Positions 1-15,981 are shown, counted from the first letter of the whole stretch. The stretch is 60,999 nt of DNA, filler included, from Porpidia crustulata (GCA_964255105.1; 8 parts of 8 records of this genome joined end to end with filler, not necessarily neighbours in it), one strand, 5' to 3'. Notes: a model not told the origin generated them from the letters alone. A program made the numbers and translations.

Positions 1-539
1 GGGAGGAGGTGGGTGAGCTTCATTTATGGCGGTATCATCAGGGTTGCTGAGGGGAAGAGGAAGTGAGAGAGGAGGATGATGGTGGTTTTATCAGATATAA
101 TTGGATTCTTCTTTAAAGCTGTGACTCTCCCTCATGTCCCTTCGCCTTAGCGGGCTCGGCACTCGGCGAACTAGCCCCTGCTCCGGATGGTTTCCGTCGA
201 GCCTCTGGCTGCCGTCGCAACTCTTGGATGCTTTCAATTTGCTTTTTGTGTTAACACAGATGAAACAACGACTGTTGAAGCAGACTACGTTTCTTCTTTA
301 CCGACATTATTTACACTTTTCTTCGTCGTATTAGAATTACTAGTTTGACTCTCGATCGATTACAAAGAGAAAATTTGTTATTCAGCTTTATGATTATCTA
401 TAAAACGATAGGGTGGCCTACTATGTGATGTGTGCGCTTGTGAACGATTTGCAGAGAAGGCCTTAATTTTCTGTTCTCTACGCTGATTGATTTACGTACC
501 ATTACTCATCTTATCCTCGTTTGCCCTCCCATCTTTGCA

Positions 540-2138
540 CTACTTCTTCATTCTTCCGGTCCTCCACTGCATCCCTTTTCTCCGAATAAGCCATATAGCA
601 ACGGCTCCGAACCCGCCGCTCCACAGACCCAACAGCGTGAAATACCAGCCTCGCCCGGCGGCATCGAGCAGCGGCTGCAAGACCGCAACGCCTGTAGCCG
701 CCATCGCACATCGAGTGATACTAGCTGCTGCTGCAGCTGTGCTCGGGCTCTCGGGGAAGACATCAACCAGGAGGGTATTGTAGGTAGTATAAAAGCAAGT
801 GCTCCAGAAACCTTGGACAAATTGCAGTATCAGAGCTACCGAGACATGCGCATGCTTGCTTACTGCCCATCCTTAACCGACTAAAGTTGCAGTGGATATT
901 ATCAGAAGCCACAAGCTCCCCCGTGATCTTGCCCGCTCGATCGGGAAATTAATCAAATCGTCATCAGAGATTTGGTTGACTGTCCAGCCTATCTTCTTGG
1001 CCGTGACTTTATAGTTGTGGTCCATGACTGTCCCAACGCAGTAGCTGCCAATGATTATACCTGCTCCACGGGGTAGATATCCTAGGCCGATCTTGAGCTC
1101 GTTGAAATGGGAAATGGACTTGTAAATGTCGGGAACCGCAGCAACAAGAGAGTAGTCGACGGTGTAGAAGGAACCGTGCATCCATAGAACGAGGAAGGTG
1201 TCAAAGTGAAAAATCATGCGGAGACATGCCAATGGGTTTTGAATGCGGAATCTTTGGAGGAAGCTGCGATTGAGGTTTTCATCCTCATCCTCAGCGTGTT
1301 TCTCGTTCTCACTCTTACTCGCACTTTCCTTGTATCCTCGGAGCCAATGTTTGCAGATTTTGTACCAACTCTCTTCCCACCAGCTCCGTCTCTTTCCCTC
1401 TCTGCCGTTGCCCACTACGCTCCTCGCCGTCTCGGGCAACAGAGTGCCAATACCGAGCAACAAAGTCGCTCCTACAATGACCAGCACCCAGAAGACCCAC
1501 TCATAACTTCCACTCGTGTAGGCAACCCAGCCACCAACGACGGGCCCAACGCAAGCCCCCAGATTCAACGCCATGCTCACCGGGCCAATCATTTTGCCCC
1601 TTTCGCTGGGCACGCAGACGTCAGCCACAACACCATAACTGACCGCGAATGCTGCACTAGCTCCCAGACTTTGAAGCGCACGGAGACCAATTAGGACGCT
1701 ATAGCTTTGTTTGTTGACTGCTAGGCCTAGGTTGGCAATCACGTAAAGAGAGACCGTGAGGAGGTAGACTGGTCTACGGCCTAGAGAGTCTGATAGAGGA
1801 CCGAATATTGCGGGAGATAGGGCTTGAAAGATGGTGTAGATTGTCAAGGTAATGTTGATGGATTGGGCGGATGTGTGAAAATGGGTTCTTAGTAAGGGTA
1901 GAAGAGGGAAGTAGATGGTTGCTGTTAATGGGGAGATTGTCGTTGCTAGGCCCAGGAGGAGAATGAGAAGACGCTTTTCATTGCGAGTGAATGTTGTGTA
2001 TGGTACAGCTGAAGTGCTTGACTGCGACGGTGTAGTGTCCGAAATGTACTCAGTTGCCGACTCTTGGACCTGTTCAATCCTGAGAGCTGAGACTGGAGAC
2101 ACCTCGCGTGGAGGCGGCAGGCCCGGTGCATCTACCAT
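540..2138 (-). pseudogene. MFS multidrug transporter (DHA1-like) with one in-frame TAA at 873-875
   Basis: The ORF has MFS motifs (GPLSDSLGRRPVY, LRALQSLG, IERARSR). The same frame continues past TAA 873-875 (TLVG*GWAVSKHAHVSVALILQFVQG...TLLVDVFPESPSTAAAAASITRC...RKGMQWR) to TAG at 540-542. Confidence 0.85.
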
Positions 2139-2698
2139 GAGTGATGTCGTACGCAATTATAGTATGTACGTGGTAAACAGGGTTAGAGGATGACAGCAAA
2201 GCAACAAACGAGGCAGCATCGGCGACAAAGGTTCAAAGCATCGAGAAGAGTTGAAAAGTGAGTGGCAAAATCAATCGTAGACGCCGCTCTTCCGCGAGAT
2301 GTCTTACAATAGGCGCGCGCACCAAGGCATCATGCTTTTCAAGCCATGCAAGAACTTCCTTATCCAAGTCATCCATCCGTACCCTGGGACATGCATAGGT
2401 GTGGACTGTCTCGAGGCCATATAGTTGCAGTGACTAACATCCATACGGCATTGAAGTTTCAGGTATGCGAGTTGCCCGTTTGATGAGGCCTGTTACGTGC
2501 ATGGAATCTCCAAGATAGTGCAATACATTCGTCTGTGATTTTAGAGCGATCTCGATGAGAACCAGCCTTTACCTGCCCCTACAGGCCACAAGGTGAAGGC
2601 TTTGACTGGTTTCATGAGACTTTTCACTATATAAATCCGTATTGTAGGACTCCTATGAGTCTTTCCTTCTCTCAAGACCACAACTTGGACTTCTTAGA

Positions 2699-3889
2699 TT
2701 ATGTCTTGGTATGGTCTCGTTCTGCCGAAAGTGGGGCTCTGTCAGATTCATTGAACCTTGGAGGACCCTCGCCTTCAGAGAACGGGGCGTACTTGTCGAT
2801 CAGATAGTACATGTCATCATAGACACTATTGCGTTGGTCAGCAAAGCTGGTCGAGCCATTAAAGGTTTGCTTGTTCCAATCACTGGCTTGGAATATTGCA
2901 TTGAGCACTTACGTCTGTCGAACCGCCTTTCCTTGAGCCATGTGGTTAACAGAATATATAACGTTGTAGTATATTGAATACATGCGATTCCTGTCGTCCC
3001 ATTCTTCTTTGGGTTCACTGGGCTCGTAATGTCGTAGATATGACCTTGTATAAATCTCGTTATAGATCTTGTTGTAGTGGCACCTCCAGTCGCCGATCTC
3101 CATTTCGTTATGGGCATAGTAGGCTCCCGAGTCAAAGACGTAAATGTCTCCTGTCTCATAGGAAGTCCCGATGTTTCCCTCCCAGAGATCAGCGTGGATC
3201 AAACAGGGTTTAATGCTACGCCCATCTCTTTCGAGGGCGCCGATCAATCTTGGAATGACGCTTGAGAATATCCTCTTCTCAAGCAGGTCAAGCTCCTCCC
3301 AGTACCCGTCGACCTCGAAATCGAGATACGCGACATGCCGCATTAGGTTGCAGAAGAAGTCAGTCCAGCTGCTCTCCCAAGACACGGCCTGCGGTGTTCG
3401 ACCTTGGCATGTCGTGACTTGAAATCCAAATTTGCCGGTAGGTGAGACGCTGTTTCGGTGCAGCTGGGCCAATTTCGAGCACAGTTGGTTCGGCTCGGGA
3501 AGGCGATCGTCCATGTCGATGAAATCCGAAAGAAAGTAATATGTGTCTGGATTACCAACGCCATATCTTCCCCAAGATATAGGCTTCGGGACGAGGGTTG
3601 GCATGGTCTTGTAGAGCTCTGACATGGCATTATACTCCTCTTCCATCATTACACGGCCGCGGCCTTCGGTTGCGCATTTCAGGAAGTATCGAGCATGAGC
3701 CCCGTCTGAGATCTCCACGTTAATGCGAGCGGTGATTGTCCATGCCGATATGCCAAACCTGTTAGCGGAGAGGACTTTTGTGCCATTAGGAAAGCTGGCT
3801 AAAACATTCTCATCGAGGAAAAAGTCTCCATAGACAAAGAGAGCATCCGGACGCGGATCGTTCAGGAGATCGTGTACTGCCACGCTCAT
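2699..3889 (-). CDS. Fructosamine-3-kinase family / protein-ribulosamine kinase-like protein, 2 exons (intron 2826-2912)
   Basis: Motifs GKFGF.VTTCQG, IKPCLIHADLWEGN, YYAHNEMEIG. A GTAAGT...TAG intron joins the last exon (VYDDMYYLIDKYAP). Confidence 0.9.
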
Positions 3890-3924
3890 TTGAAGATCTT
3901 AAAAGAAGCAAAAAAGTCACGATA

Positions 3925-4365
3925 AGATTAAAAACGCAGCTATGGTAGAATACACGAGTGATTCGAATTTGATGAGTATTGATAGTTGGAAAGCTGATGC
4001 ATTGGGACGCTTTATCTGAGCGTGCTTTGCTTCGTCCTGCATGAAAGACTGGGGTTGGAACGTGGCGTACATTGACCATGTTGTGCTAGACACGATAGAA
4101 GTCTGACCGCGTTCGGTGTTGGTCAGACCGTCCGTCTGTCTGGTGCATACCAGGGGTCCAAGGTAGAACGCTAGACAGAGGGCTCACTTTTACATGACCA
4201 TTTCCAATACCGTATATGCTATCAATGATGTTGGGCAAGCACATACTGACGCAATTGGGGCCAAGTCGTACCCAATCGCCGTATTTCTCATGCAGATGGA
4301 CTTGAGTCGTTTCTGTCCGGCGACTCCATACGTCAAGCAATCGCCATAGATATATCCATGCCGCA
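3925..4365 (-). pseudogene. Cytochrome P450 N-terminal relic
   Basis: Reads LAAWIYLWRLLDVW..HEKYGDWVRLGPNCVS..IYG..K, then an intron, SDFYRV* (TAG 4086-4088), then after a frameshift DEAKHAQIKRPNASAFQLSILIKFESLVYSTIAAFL. No heme-binding region remains. Confidence 0.75.
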
Positions 4366-4384
4366 AGCGCTCACCTGGGCTTAG

Positions 4385-4478
4385 GCGCGACTTGGAGTCG
4401 CCTAAAACGGCGTCAAGACTACCCCGAACCAGTCGCGTTCTCACCTGCCACAAAGTATCCGCGACTGGGAGCGCGTTC
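4385..4478. promoter_or_regulatory. Cluster of four CGCG cores (MCB-like) upstream of CDC45
   Basis: GCGCGA, TCGCGTTC, CCGCGA and GCGCGTTC lie within ~95 bp, ~300 bp upstream of the CDC45 ATG. CDC45 is a G1/S MCB-type gene in budding yeast. Confidence 0.3.
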
Positions 4479-4765
4479 CCCAAGTATCGCATTTCGATCA
4501 ACAATCATTGATATTTCCCACTGCTTGTCGGCCGGGCATTGTGTGAGAAGTGTTACATAGGAGAATATTCGCAAATCACAATACTTCAGGCCATGCCCAC
4601 CGCAAATATCAAACAGCAACAAGACCGCAAGAGCTCTTCCCACCAACGTCATCGATTGCCCCTCCAGGTCATTCCAATATTCACGGAAAGGCGCAGTTTA
4701 CTTGCCCAACTTTGGAATATTGGGACTCCTCAGAATCCTCGTATATATGCTCTTCCCGTCACGTC

Positions 4766-7424
4766 ATGTACCTCCCTCGAAACCTAATCTCGCATCTCTA
4801 TCAGCATCTACGACGAACCCACCACTCCCTTTCTCCTCCCATCTTGATCCTCGTTGCCCTAGAGCCAGATGCGCTCTGTGCATGCCGAATTCTTACTGCC
4901 TTACTAAAGCGCGATTACATCCACCATAAAATACAGCCTGTCTCCGGTTATGGCGACCTCGCACACGTTGGAGAGAGCTTGGTGCAGCCGATGCGGATAC
5001 AACAGGGAGGAAGTGGAGGTGTAGTTGTGTGCCTTGGTGTGGGCGGCCTTGTCGATTTATCCACTGTGTTAGGACTAGATCGCGTTGAAGACAGAGAAGA
5101 TCCAGCTGGGGGTGTTGAGGTTTGGTTAATTGATGCACGACGGCCATGGAATCTAGGTAATGTTTTTGGAGGGAACCCCGCCGATATGGCGTTGGAGGAG
5201 ACTAGTGGCAATGCAAGATCGAGGAAGTCCGATGTTGAAGATGGACAACTAAAATCGACGTACAAACCTGGGCAAGGCGGCATCATAATCTATGATGACG
5301 GGGACATCGAGGAAGACTTGACAGCTGAGCGCGAGGCATACTGTGCTCTTGCCAAGATGCCAAATATCGGGGACGATGACGAAGAATCTGACGCCTCTGA
5401 AGCGGACAGCGATATCTTGGAGTCAATAGAAGAAAGGCCTGCAAAGAAGAGAAAATCCTGGTCTGACCGTGATGAGGAGAATGATGAGAGCGACAATGGG
5501 ATTAGTAGGCCATGGCAAAGACGGAGAAGTAATTCGGTAGGAGCATATGCGTGAATGCGACAACTGCAGGCTGATAGTCTAACGCAGGATGTTTCGATCA
5601 CTTCATCACCAAGCCGTCTTCCTCGATCGGGTCAAGGGACGTCGAAAAGAAATCTCCTTGGGAGGGGCTCCTCCGATATCTCTCCGTCTCCGTCACCACA
5701 TTCTCGATCGGCATCGCCGCAACCAAAAGAGCCTTCAGCTCGGACAATGCGTCGAAGGCTTCTTCGTTTGCGTCGAAAGTACACCGCAGTCCTTCATAGT
5801 TACTATGCCCTCGGAACGACGTATTCTGAGCCCATTTCATCCATACTCTACTCATTGGCCGAGGACCTGGGCCGTGAAGATAACGACCTTTTATGGCACG
5901 CAATCGTTGGCGTCAGCTCTCTTGAACTGTATGGCCGGGGTATGACTGGCGTAGGCATCTCCAACTCTTTAGACGATGGTGGCTCGGCAGGTTGGGGTGG
6001 TCAACGAGGAGAGCGCATACGGCAGGTACTAAGAGATGAGGTACGACGATTAAACCCACCAGATCCTAACGATACGACACGGGAGAATGCTCGCGGAGAG
6101 GCTTCTGGTGTCATACCAACAACGGCCAAGTCCCCTACAGACACCTCAATTCGATTGTCCCCTGAACCCCGATTTCTTCTCATAAGACACTGGTCTCTAT
6201 ATGATAGCATGTTGCATTCGCCGTATCTGGCCTCGCGTTTGCATATCTGGAGCGATCAAGGACGCAAACGACTTCACAAACTCCTCGCGAAGATGGGTGT
6301 CAGTCTGAGCCAATGTAAACAAAGCTATACGCATATGGACATGGACTTGAAGCGGGGTTTACGGCAGAGGCTTCTGACTTATGCCCCAATGTATGGTCTT
6401 CACGGCCTCGTTCCACCTGCAGCGGGAGCAGGTCGAGGGCGAGAGGGGTGGGGTTTTGTAAGGAGTTGGGGATGGAAGGCTTGCTTGAGCGCAACAGACG
6501 TCGGTGTAATATCGGGTGCCATATTGGAGGTCGGAAAATCAGGTATAAACACCGGTGATACGATTAGCAATTGGGATCGCGGAAGAACCGTGAAGCAGGA
6601 GATTGTAGATGAAGATGGGAAGATTGAAGGCGAAGAATGGGTGAAGAGATTCTGGGAGGCGTACGACGCACTTGAGAAGTCGGTATCTTCTCTATACTGC
6701 GTTGAAGCCAAGGCTCACGAAATATAGCATTGAAGCGCTTAAGCACGCCCTCCCCACGGCGCAACATCTTCATCGAGCAATTCTACGCACAGGAACTTCC
6801 CTTATCGAGAAGCGCATGATTCGACATCTACGTGCCTTTCGCATGGCCATTGTCAAAGATGGTCCTGATGTGGCCTTATTCACCCACCCATCCGCTCTTA
6901 CTAAGCTGGCGCTCTGGGTCGGCGAAGCCATTGCCGAACAGGAACGAGAGCAACGAGGCAGTATTGGAAAGGGTGGAAAGGGTACCCCTCTTGTGCTGGC
7001 CGGGCTCAACGAACCCAGAGGAGTCTACGTGGTTGTCGGCACTGGAGGTGGAGGAGGCGTCATCGACTTCGCAGCGAGGCAGAAGCGAAAAGAAAAGGCC
7101 GAAGAAAAGTCGAGGATCCGAGAAGCAAAAAGGGCCGAGAAAGAGGCGAAGAGGAGCGCAAAGGCGACGCGAGACGACGATGACGAGGAAGACGAAGAAA
7201 GCGAAGCGGAAACCGACGACAGCGAAGCCGATGACGACATCAACAACCCCGAGGAACGCGGCTACGGCCGCAATCGATTCGGCAACGCCTTCCAAGAGGT
7301 CGTCGACGAGACCAACGCCCGGGTCCGCATCGATAGCTTCGAGCACTGCGTCGTCGAAGTGAAAAAGGAGGACCTCGGCGGCTTCCTGGAATCGCTCAGT
7401 ATGAAGGTCGTCGTCGTCGGCTAG
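4766..7424 (+). CDS. CDC45: DNA replication initiation factor Cdc45, 3 exons (introns near 5537-5587 and 6680-6728)
   Basis: MYLPR..LILVALEPDALCACRIL..IQPVSGY; LIRHWSLYDSMLHSPY; RLHKLLAKMG; NRFGNAFQEV..RIDSFEHCVVEV. Confidence 0.96.
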
Positions 7425-7546
7425 CGCGTGCCGTTGCCTTTTTTTGGCTTCTCATGAACGATCCTTGCCGACCCGGGGATTTCGTGCATTGTAGGCGTCG
7501 GACGGTTGCTCTCGTGATGTCTGGATGGGAACACACGGTGGAGCTA

Positions 7547-7646
7547 NNNNNNNNNNNNNNNNNNNNNNNNNNNNNNNNNNNNNNNNNNNNTTAATTAATT
7601 AANNNNNNNNNNNNNNNNNNNNNNNNNNNNNNNNNNNNNNNNNNNN
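7547..7646. other. Artificial contig linker
   Basis: 44 N + TTAATTAATTAA (stops in all six frames) + 44 N. Confidence 0.98.
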
Positions 7647-8760
7647 GCGGCTCATGGGATTTGACTTTCCTCACCAACTAAGCGACGAAGAATATTGACG
7701 AATCTCTATTCCATCTCAAGGACTTCATGTCTGGTTACAATCATCCGGTTGTGTTGCTACCTCTGGCATAAAGCTCAGGAAACGTGAAATATTATACAAT
7801 GATTGACATCTTGATTGCTGGATGGCTTTGTGGGACGTATGACTTATAGATCGGTGATTCATCGAGAGAGATCAATTGTTTTCTCCTTGGCTCAATTATC
7901 ATAGCCAAGGGACAACTTGATATGCCCACGGATTAATCCATCGCATGGTGATCGATAGATAATGTGGATTGATACTGAACAATGTCGAGAATGTTTTTGA
8001 TCAATCAAGAATAGTTAGTACCGGATGCATCGAATGAAAAGAAAGATACCGTACGCAGCCTCACAGCCTCATAAAGACGCGTAGAGACTCAGCTCGCTGT
8101 GGAATTTGTGTACTAAGGGACTCAGGTATGAAATAGAGTGTTGCTATTTCTGGCATATGCAGACGCCACACCTAGATGTATGGCGCACAAGTACCTTGAT
8201 AGGGCTGTCTGTAACGATGGACGAATTATTTGGCCCGAATTCTGCTTTCATGCTCACACTGCTCATTAACCTTGCGCAGCCTCCTCCCATCGTCAGAGCA
8301 TTGTTATGAAGATCTTTACTTACTTGACCTGATATTCATGATTGCAGGTTGAATACGAAACAGGATCCAAGTGGTGCCTTCATTGATCGGGGTAAGATTG
8401 TACACAAACTCCCGTTAGTCCATCCCGCTTGCGGTGTAGCTTGGGTGCTTGGCAGCGTTGGCGTGTATTGAAACAAAGAAACCCCTGAACTCTCATTTCA
8501 CGAATTTCGCAATTCAACCGGTGGAGAATCTCGACACTTCAGCACTGCCAAAAGGACACTTACAGACCGTTCACACTTGCGTGACTCCTGAACGAAATAG
8601 CCCTGGCGGCTTCACAGATTCAACAGCTTTGTGCATGCTGAGTGTCTTCAGATTGACCACGACCGTCGTCCTCCATTTACAAATCCCCTCGAAAAAGTTC
8701 GACACGTCACCTGGAATACGTCTTTATTAAGAACCACAACCGATTACTTACAACTGTAGC

Positions 8761-11867
<3,107 letters not shown>

Positions 11868-12380
11868 ACGGGAAGTACAGTTCAGAAAGGGTGGCTGATA
11901 GCTTGTCTGTCTCATGTGCCACAGACATCCGATTAAAGATTGTACATCACGTTCATATCCCTTGGCGTTACTTGAATCTGCAGATACTTACCACGCGTGA
12001 ACTCAAGGGTCCTCTGAAGGACCCGAGTAGTTGCGAAAGCGAATCGCTCCAAAGATCGTTAGGATGCATGTGTCTATCCATTACTATGGTAGGGTTCTGC
12101 GTATATAAAGTGTCGTGTGATGTCTTATCGTTGGTGATGATTGATCCTCACGCACGTATCCCACTTGTTAAGCAGTAGAGTTTTGGCCAATTATTACGTA
12201 GTCTACAGTTGGGATCTTATCATATCGGCGACCGTTTCCTCGAAAACCATATACAAATATAAGACAGTCAAACCCTCTTCAAATATAGTCTTAGATGAGA
12301 AGTTGTGCTTACCTCGAAGCTCACTACTATAAATTCCTTCTCCGCGAAACGTTCGAGGTGGAGAGTAGAGGAAAGCTAAA

Positions 12381-13182
12381 ATGTTGAAGATATGGTCTAT
12401 GGTGAGCTGATCCTCATCCCACAAGGCTACCTGTTTTTCTTGCTCCAAGGTGTCCAAATTGACGACAAAATGTAGAAACAGAAGCAAGCAGCGGCCGCAA
12501 ATGCTGAAGGCGGGCAGAAGAAGAAGAAAGTTACAGCCGCTCAGTTGCGTGTGCAAAAAGGTATGCAAACCAGCTTCCCTATACCGGGGCGCTTTCCCAG
12601 TGCCTGTCGCTGACCCTCCACCAACCTTTCCAGATCTATCGGAGCTTTCACTGGGCAGCACCATGCGAACGCATTTCCCCAATCCCGACGACATTCTTAA
12701 CTTCAGACTCACAATAGACCCGGATGAAGGCATGTACAAGGGAGGCGCATTTCATTTCAACTTTGCTATCAACCAGAACTTTCCACATGATCCCCCGAAG
12801 GTCAAGTGCACGCAGAAGATTTATCACCCAAACATTGACTTGGAGGGGAATGTGTGTTTGAATATACTGAGGGAGGATTGGAAACCGGTGCTAAATCTGA
12901 ACGCTGTCATCGTTGGTTTACAGGTAAATCGTCAAATCCTGAGGCTTTTATGATAGGCTTTTGCGGGGGGGTATATGAGGGAGTGAGAGGTCCGAAACAG
13001 AGTTGCAGCTAATATATCAACCTTTCCAGTTCCTCTTCCTCGAGCCAAACGCCTCCGATCCCTTAAACAAAGAGGCCGCCGAGGATTTGCGATCGAACAG
13101 GGAAGGCTTCAAGAGAAATGTCCGCACATCCATGAGTGGGGGAACAGTCAGAGGGGAGAGCTATGAGCGTGTAATGAAGTGA
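12381..13182 (+). CDS. UBC12: NEDD8-conjugating enzyme Ubc12, 4 exons
   Basis: [55 protein letters not shown]..|[23 protein letters not shown]. Confidence 0.96.
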
Positions 13183-13570
13183 TGGAGTCATGGCAGATAC
13201 CTCCAGGCGTTTGGGCGTTGTGTCATGGCGTTCAAGCGGCATATGCAAATCTAGATGAGCACGGTGGCTTAGACATGAATTATTCGTGTTTCTACAACAG
13301 CAGTAGAGACCCAATTTCGGATTAGATTCACCTAGTCGTCGTACGCCATTGCCATTTTCTCCCATCAGACCACAATCCCGGACTTATGGACTTGATAAAC
13401 CCGAAACGATGTTCAGCCCTATACCGTCGCCGAGAGATTCTACACATTATGACAACTAATCACATTGTCAGAAGAAATGTCTCCTGCGAGCAGGGGTGAT
13501 ATACACCACAGCATCTGTATCGGAGCAGACTTTCCAAATAATCTTTATTTCATGGTTCGCATTGAACAGC

Positions 13571-15064
13571 ATGCCATCAACAGTCGAGACAGTTGAGACG
13601 GTCAGGAGGCATATTCCTGCATGGAAGAAGCTAGGGCTCAAGCTTAAAAATGCCAACGACGAAGCGGCTTATGTGAATGAGAGCCAAGTCTCTTCGGAAA
13701 ATAGGGTGAGGAAGCCTCCAACCGAGGATCAGGTCGAGCAGGCATTGATGACTCCCTCGTCTACAAGACCGGCAAAGAAATCTAAGACATCTTCTCCAGA
13801 CCTGAAGAAGTCTACATCGACGGCTGATCAAAAGGATAATCAACTGGATTCACTTCCTATCCTGCAAGAGAAGACAGCGCTTCCTCTGGCTCTTCAGAAA
13901 GCCTTTATCTCAAAGAGAAAATCCGTTTCCTTCACCGCTCAACCCAAAGTCGAAGACGGCGATAGCGTCAAAGACCTCCACAACAGCTGGCTCGTCTCTC
14001 AACTCGCCTCAGATCCCTCTTTCGATCCCTTGAAACCTGGTGGTACAGCTCTGAAACCCATCACTGCAGTTTCGAGTGTCAACCCTACCCCAAACGTCAC
14101 GTCGGCCTCCAATACTACTTCTAAAAAGAAGCGCAAGAAGTCCAAGTCAACCTCCCTTCTGAAAAAATCAAAAGCGCCCTCGATCACTGTATCTACCGTA
14201 AATCAGTCCTCAAACAAGGCAACATTAGACTACCTCAAAGCCTACCACACCAACCGCAGTAATTGGAAATTCTCCAAAGCTCGTCAAACGCACCTCCTTC
14301 GCTCCCTCTTTCCCTCTGCCGGCACTCTCCAGACCATTCCCTCCTCCCACCTCCCAGCTCTCCAGGCCTATCTATCTGGCCTGGAGGGCCAATCCGCGCG
14401 CTCTCGATTGCGCGAACAAGCCCTAACGATGAGAGAGGAAGACAAAAAGTGGCTAGATGAAGAAATGGAAGCGGTGGAGAGCAAAGAAAGGAGGAGGGAA
14501 GAATATCTGAAGGAGCTGGAGAGGGTCAAGGAAGCACTCGAAAGAGAAGAGGACGAGAGGGAGGACCTGGAAAAGTTAGAAAATCCGCAGTGGCGGGCTA
14601 GGATGGTAAGGAGGAAGACGGCCGAGGTGGTCCTGTGGAGCCTTGGCGAAAAAGGCTCGTCCGAGGAAACCAAAGGTGTGAAGGACAAGACCGTCACAGC
14701 CAAGGCCATAGGAGCCGTAGCCGTACCCCAAGTCACAGGGCAAAAGAGACCCCTGGGCAAAAACGGCAAGCCGAAACGGAAAAGAAAGAGAAGAACGACG
14801 GGCGTGCCGGACGATGAGACCAGCAGCTCGTCCAGCAGTAGCAGCAGCAGTAGCGACGATGATAGCGAGGAGGAGAAGGGAAAGGAGGGGCAGGTGATGG
14901 TCAAAACGAAGGTGGCGGACAAAGATGGCGGAGCGTCGAGTTCGGAGCCAGGTTCCGGCTCGGATTCAGCGACTTCGAGTGACGGTAGTGGCTCGGGCAG
15001 TGGTAGTGGTAGTGAGAATGAGAGCGAGAGGGAAGACGGATCTAGTAGCGAAGGCGAGGATTAA
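13571..15064 (+). CDS. WKF-domain (DUF2373-like) protein with Ser/acidic tail
   Basis: N-terminal HIPAWKKLGLKLK, KRKSVSF, LDYL..NWKFSKARQTHLLR and YLSGLEG..AR.RL. Confidence 0.85.
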   Translation: MPSTVETVETVRRHIPAWKKLGLKLKNANDEAAYVNESQVSSENRVRKPPTEDQVEQALMTPSSTRPAKKSKTSSPDLKKSTSTADQKDNQLDSLPILQEKTALPLALQKAFISKRKSVSFTAQPKVEDGDSVKDLHNSWLVSQLASDPSFDPLKPGGTALKPITAVSSVNPTPNVTSASNTTSKKKRKKSKSTSLLKKSKAPSITVSTVNQSSNKATLDYLKAYHTNRSNWKFSKARQTHLLRSLFPSAGTLQTIPSSHLPALQAYLSGLEGQSARSRLREQALTMREEDKKWLDEEMEAVESKERRREEYLKELERVKEALEREEDEREDLEKLENPQWRARMVRRKTAEVVLWSLGEKGSSEETKGVKDKTVTAKAIGAVAVPQVTGQKRPLGKNGKPKRKRKRRTTGVPDDETSSSSSSSSSSSDDDSEEEKGKEGQVMVKTKVADKDGGASSSEPGSGSDSATSSDGSGSGSGSGSENESEREDGSSSEGED

Positions 15065-15191
15065 GGAGCCGGTTTCGACACAAGCAGGGGTTTGCGCACA
15101 GCTTTTGCGTAGGCGACACTTGTAGCAGCATTAGGGAACCCTTAAGCCAGCATCCGTGAGTGGAGCTTGAAACATTCACATGATATGGTAA

Positions 15192-15291
15192 NNNNNNNNN
15201 NNNNNNNNNNNNNNNNNNNNNNNNNNNNNNNNNNNTTAATTAATTAANNNNNNNNNNNNNNNNNNNNNNNNNNNNNNNNNNNNNNNNNNNN
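15192..15291. other. Artificial contig linker
   Basis: 44 N + TTAATTAATTAA + 44 N. Confidence 0.98.
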
Positions 15292-15981
15292 GTGGGGGAG
15301 TGGTGGTGCTTTCTGGGTTTAGTATTTTAGATGTCAACGAGCTTTCAATGTGACTGACCTGCTGTTCTTCTTTCGTAGGCCGACGACTAATCCGACGACT
15401 AGAGCTATTATCACTACGACGATCAAGAGTCCGATGATGAGAATTCGCAGCCATCCGCCTCTTCTGGCAATGTACTTGTTATTCCTCACATCACCGAGTT
15501 TCTCTCCTTTCGGCCCGGTCGCATCCCAAACGCTGTACTTGGGCGGCGGGGTCTCGAAGCTGTGCCGTGGTGGTTCGCCGATATTCCATCGTCGATTGAA
15601 GAACCGATTGTGCGTCCTCTCCGGCAGCGGTGGAGGTATTGCTCCGTCTTCATCGATGATCGATAATCTTGTGTCGACGGAGTTGCCGCGACTGCGCAGG
15701 CTGCGGCTTCCGACCTTCTTGGAGTGGACCGGCGGAGGGGCGGAGCGCTCGACGAAATTGGACGAGCCGACAAACGACATGGTATTGTCCGATGTGCGCG
15801 TGGTTTTTTTCAGAGGTCTGGGTGGTTTTGGTGGAGGAGTTTCCTCCTCAATTGACGAGTGGGAAGCAAGATCCCGTAGGTTGTCGTAGGTGTAGGGTGA
15901 AGGCTCGGGCTTGAAGGAGGATCCATGTGGCTGTCCTCGGGCCAAGCTAGATAGATGGGTTGTGATTTGTGTAAGTGTCAT
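15292..15981 (-). CDS. Single-pass fungal membrane protein, 3' truncated at the contig end; start uncertain
   Basis: PPPKYS..GEKL.D.RNNKYIARRGGW is followed by a hydrophobic helix (ILIIGLLIVVVIIALVVGLVVGL) and RKK. The gene runs into the linker. Confidence 0.7.

Noticed and set aside
1..23. Possible signal-peptide start MKLTHLL on the minus strand
   Set aside because: Only seven codons before the window edge, so it cannot be supported.
7591..7602. TTAATTAATTAA recurring every ~7.6 kb, and ORFs ending in X..LIN
   Set aside because: Artificial six-frame stop linker between N runs, not a biological repeat.
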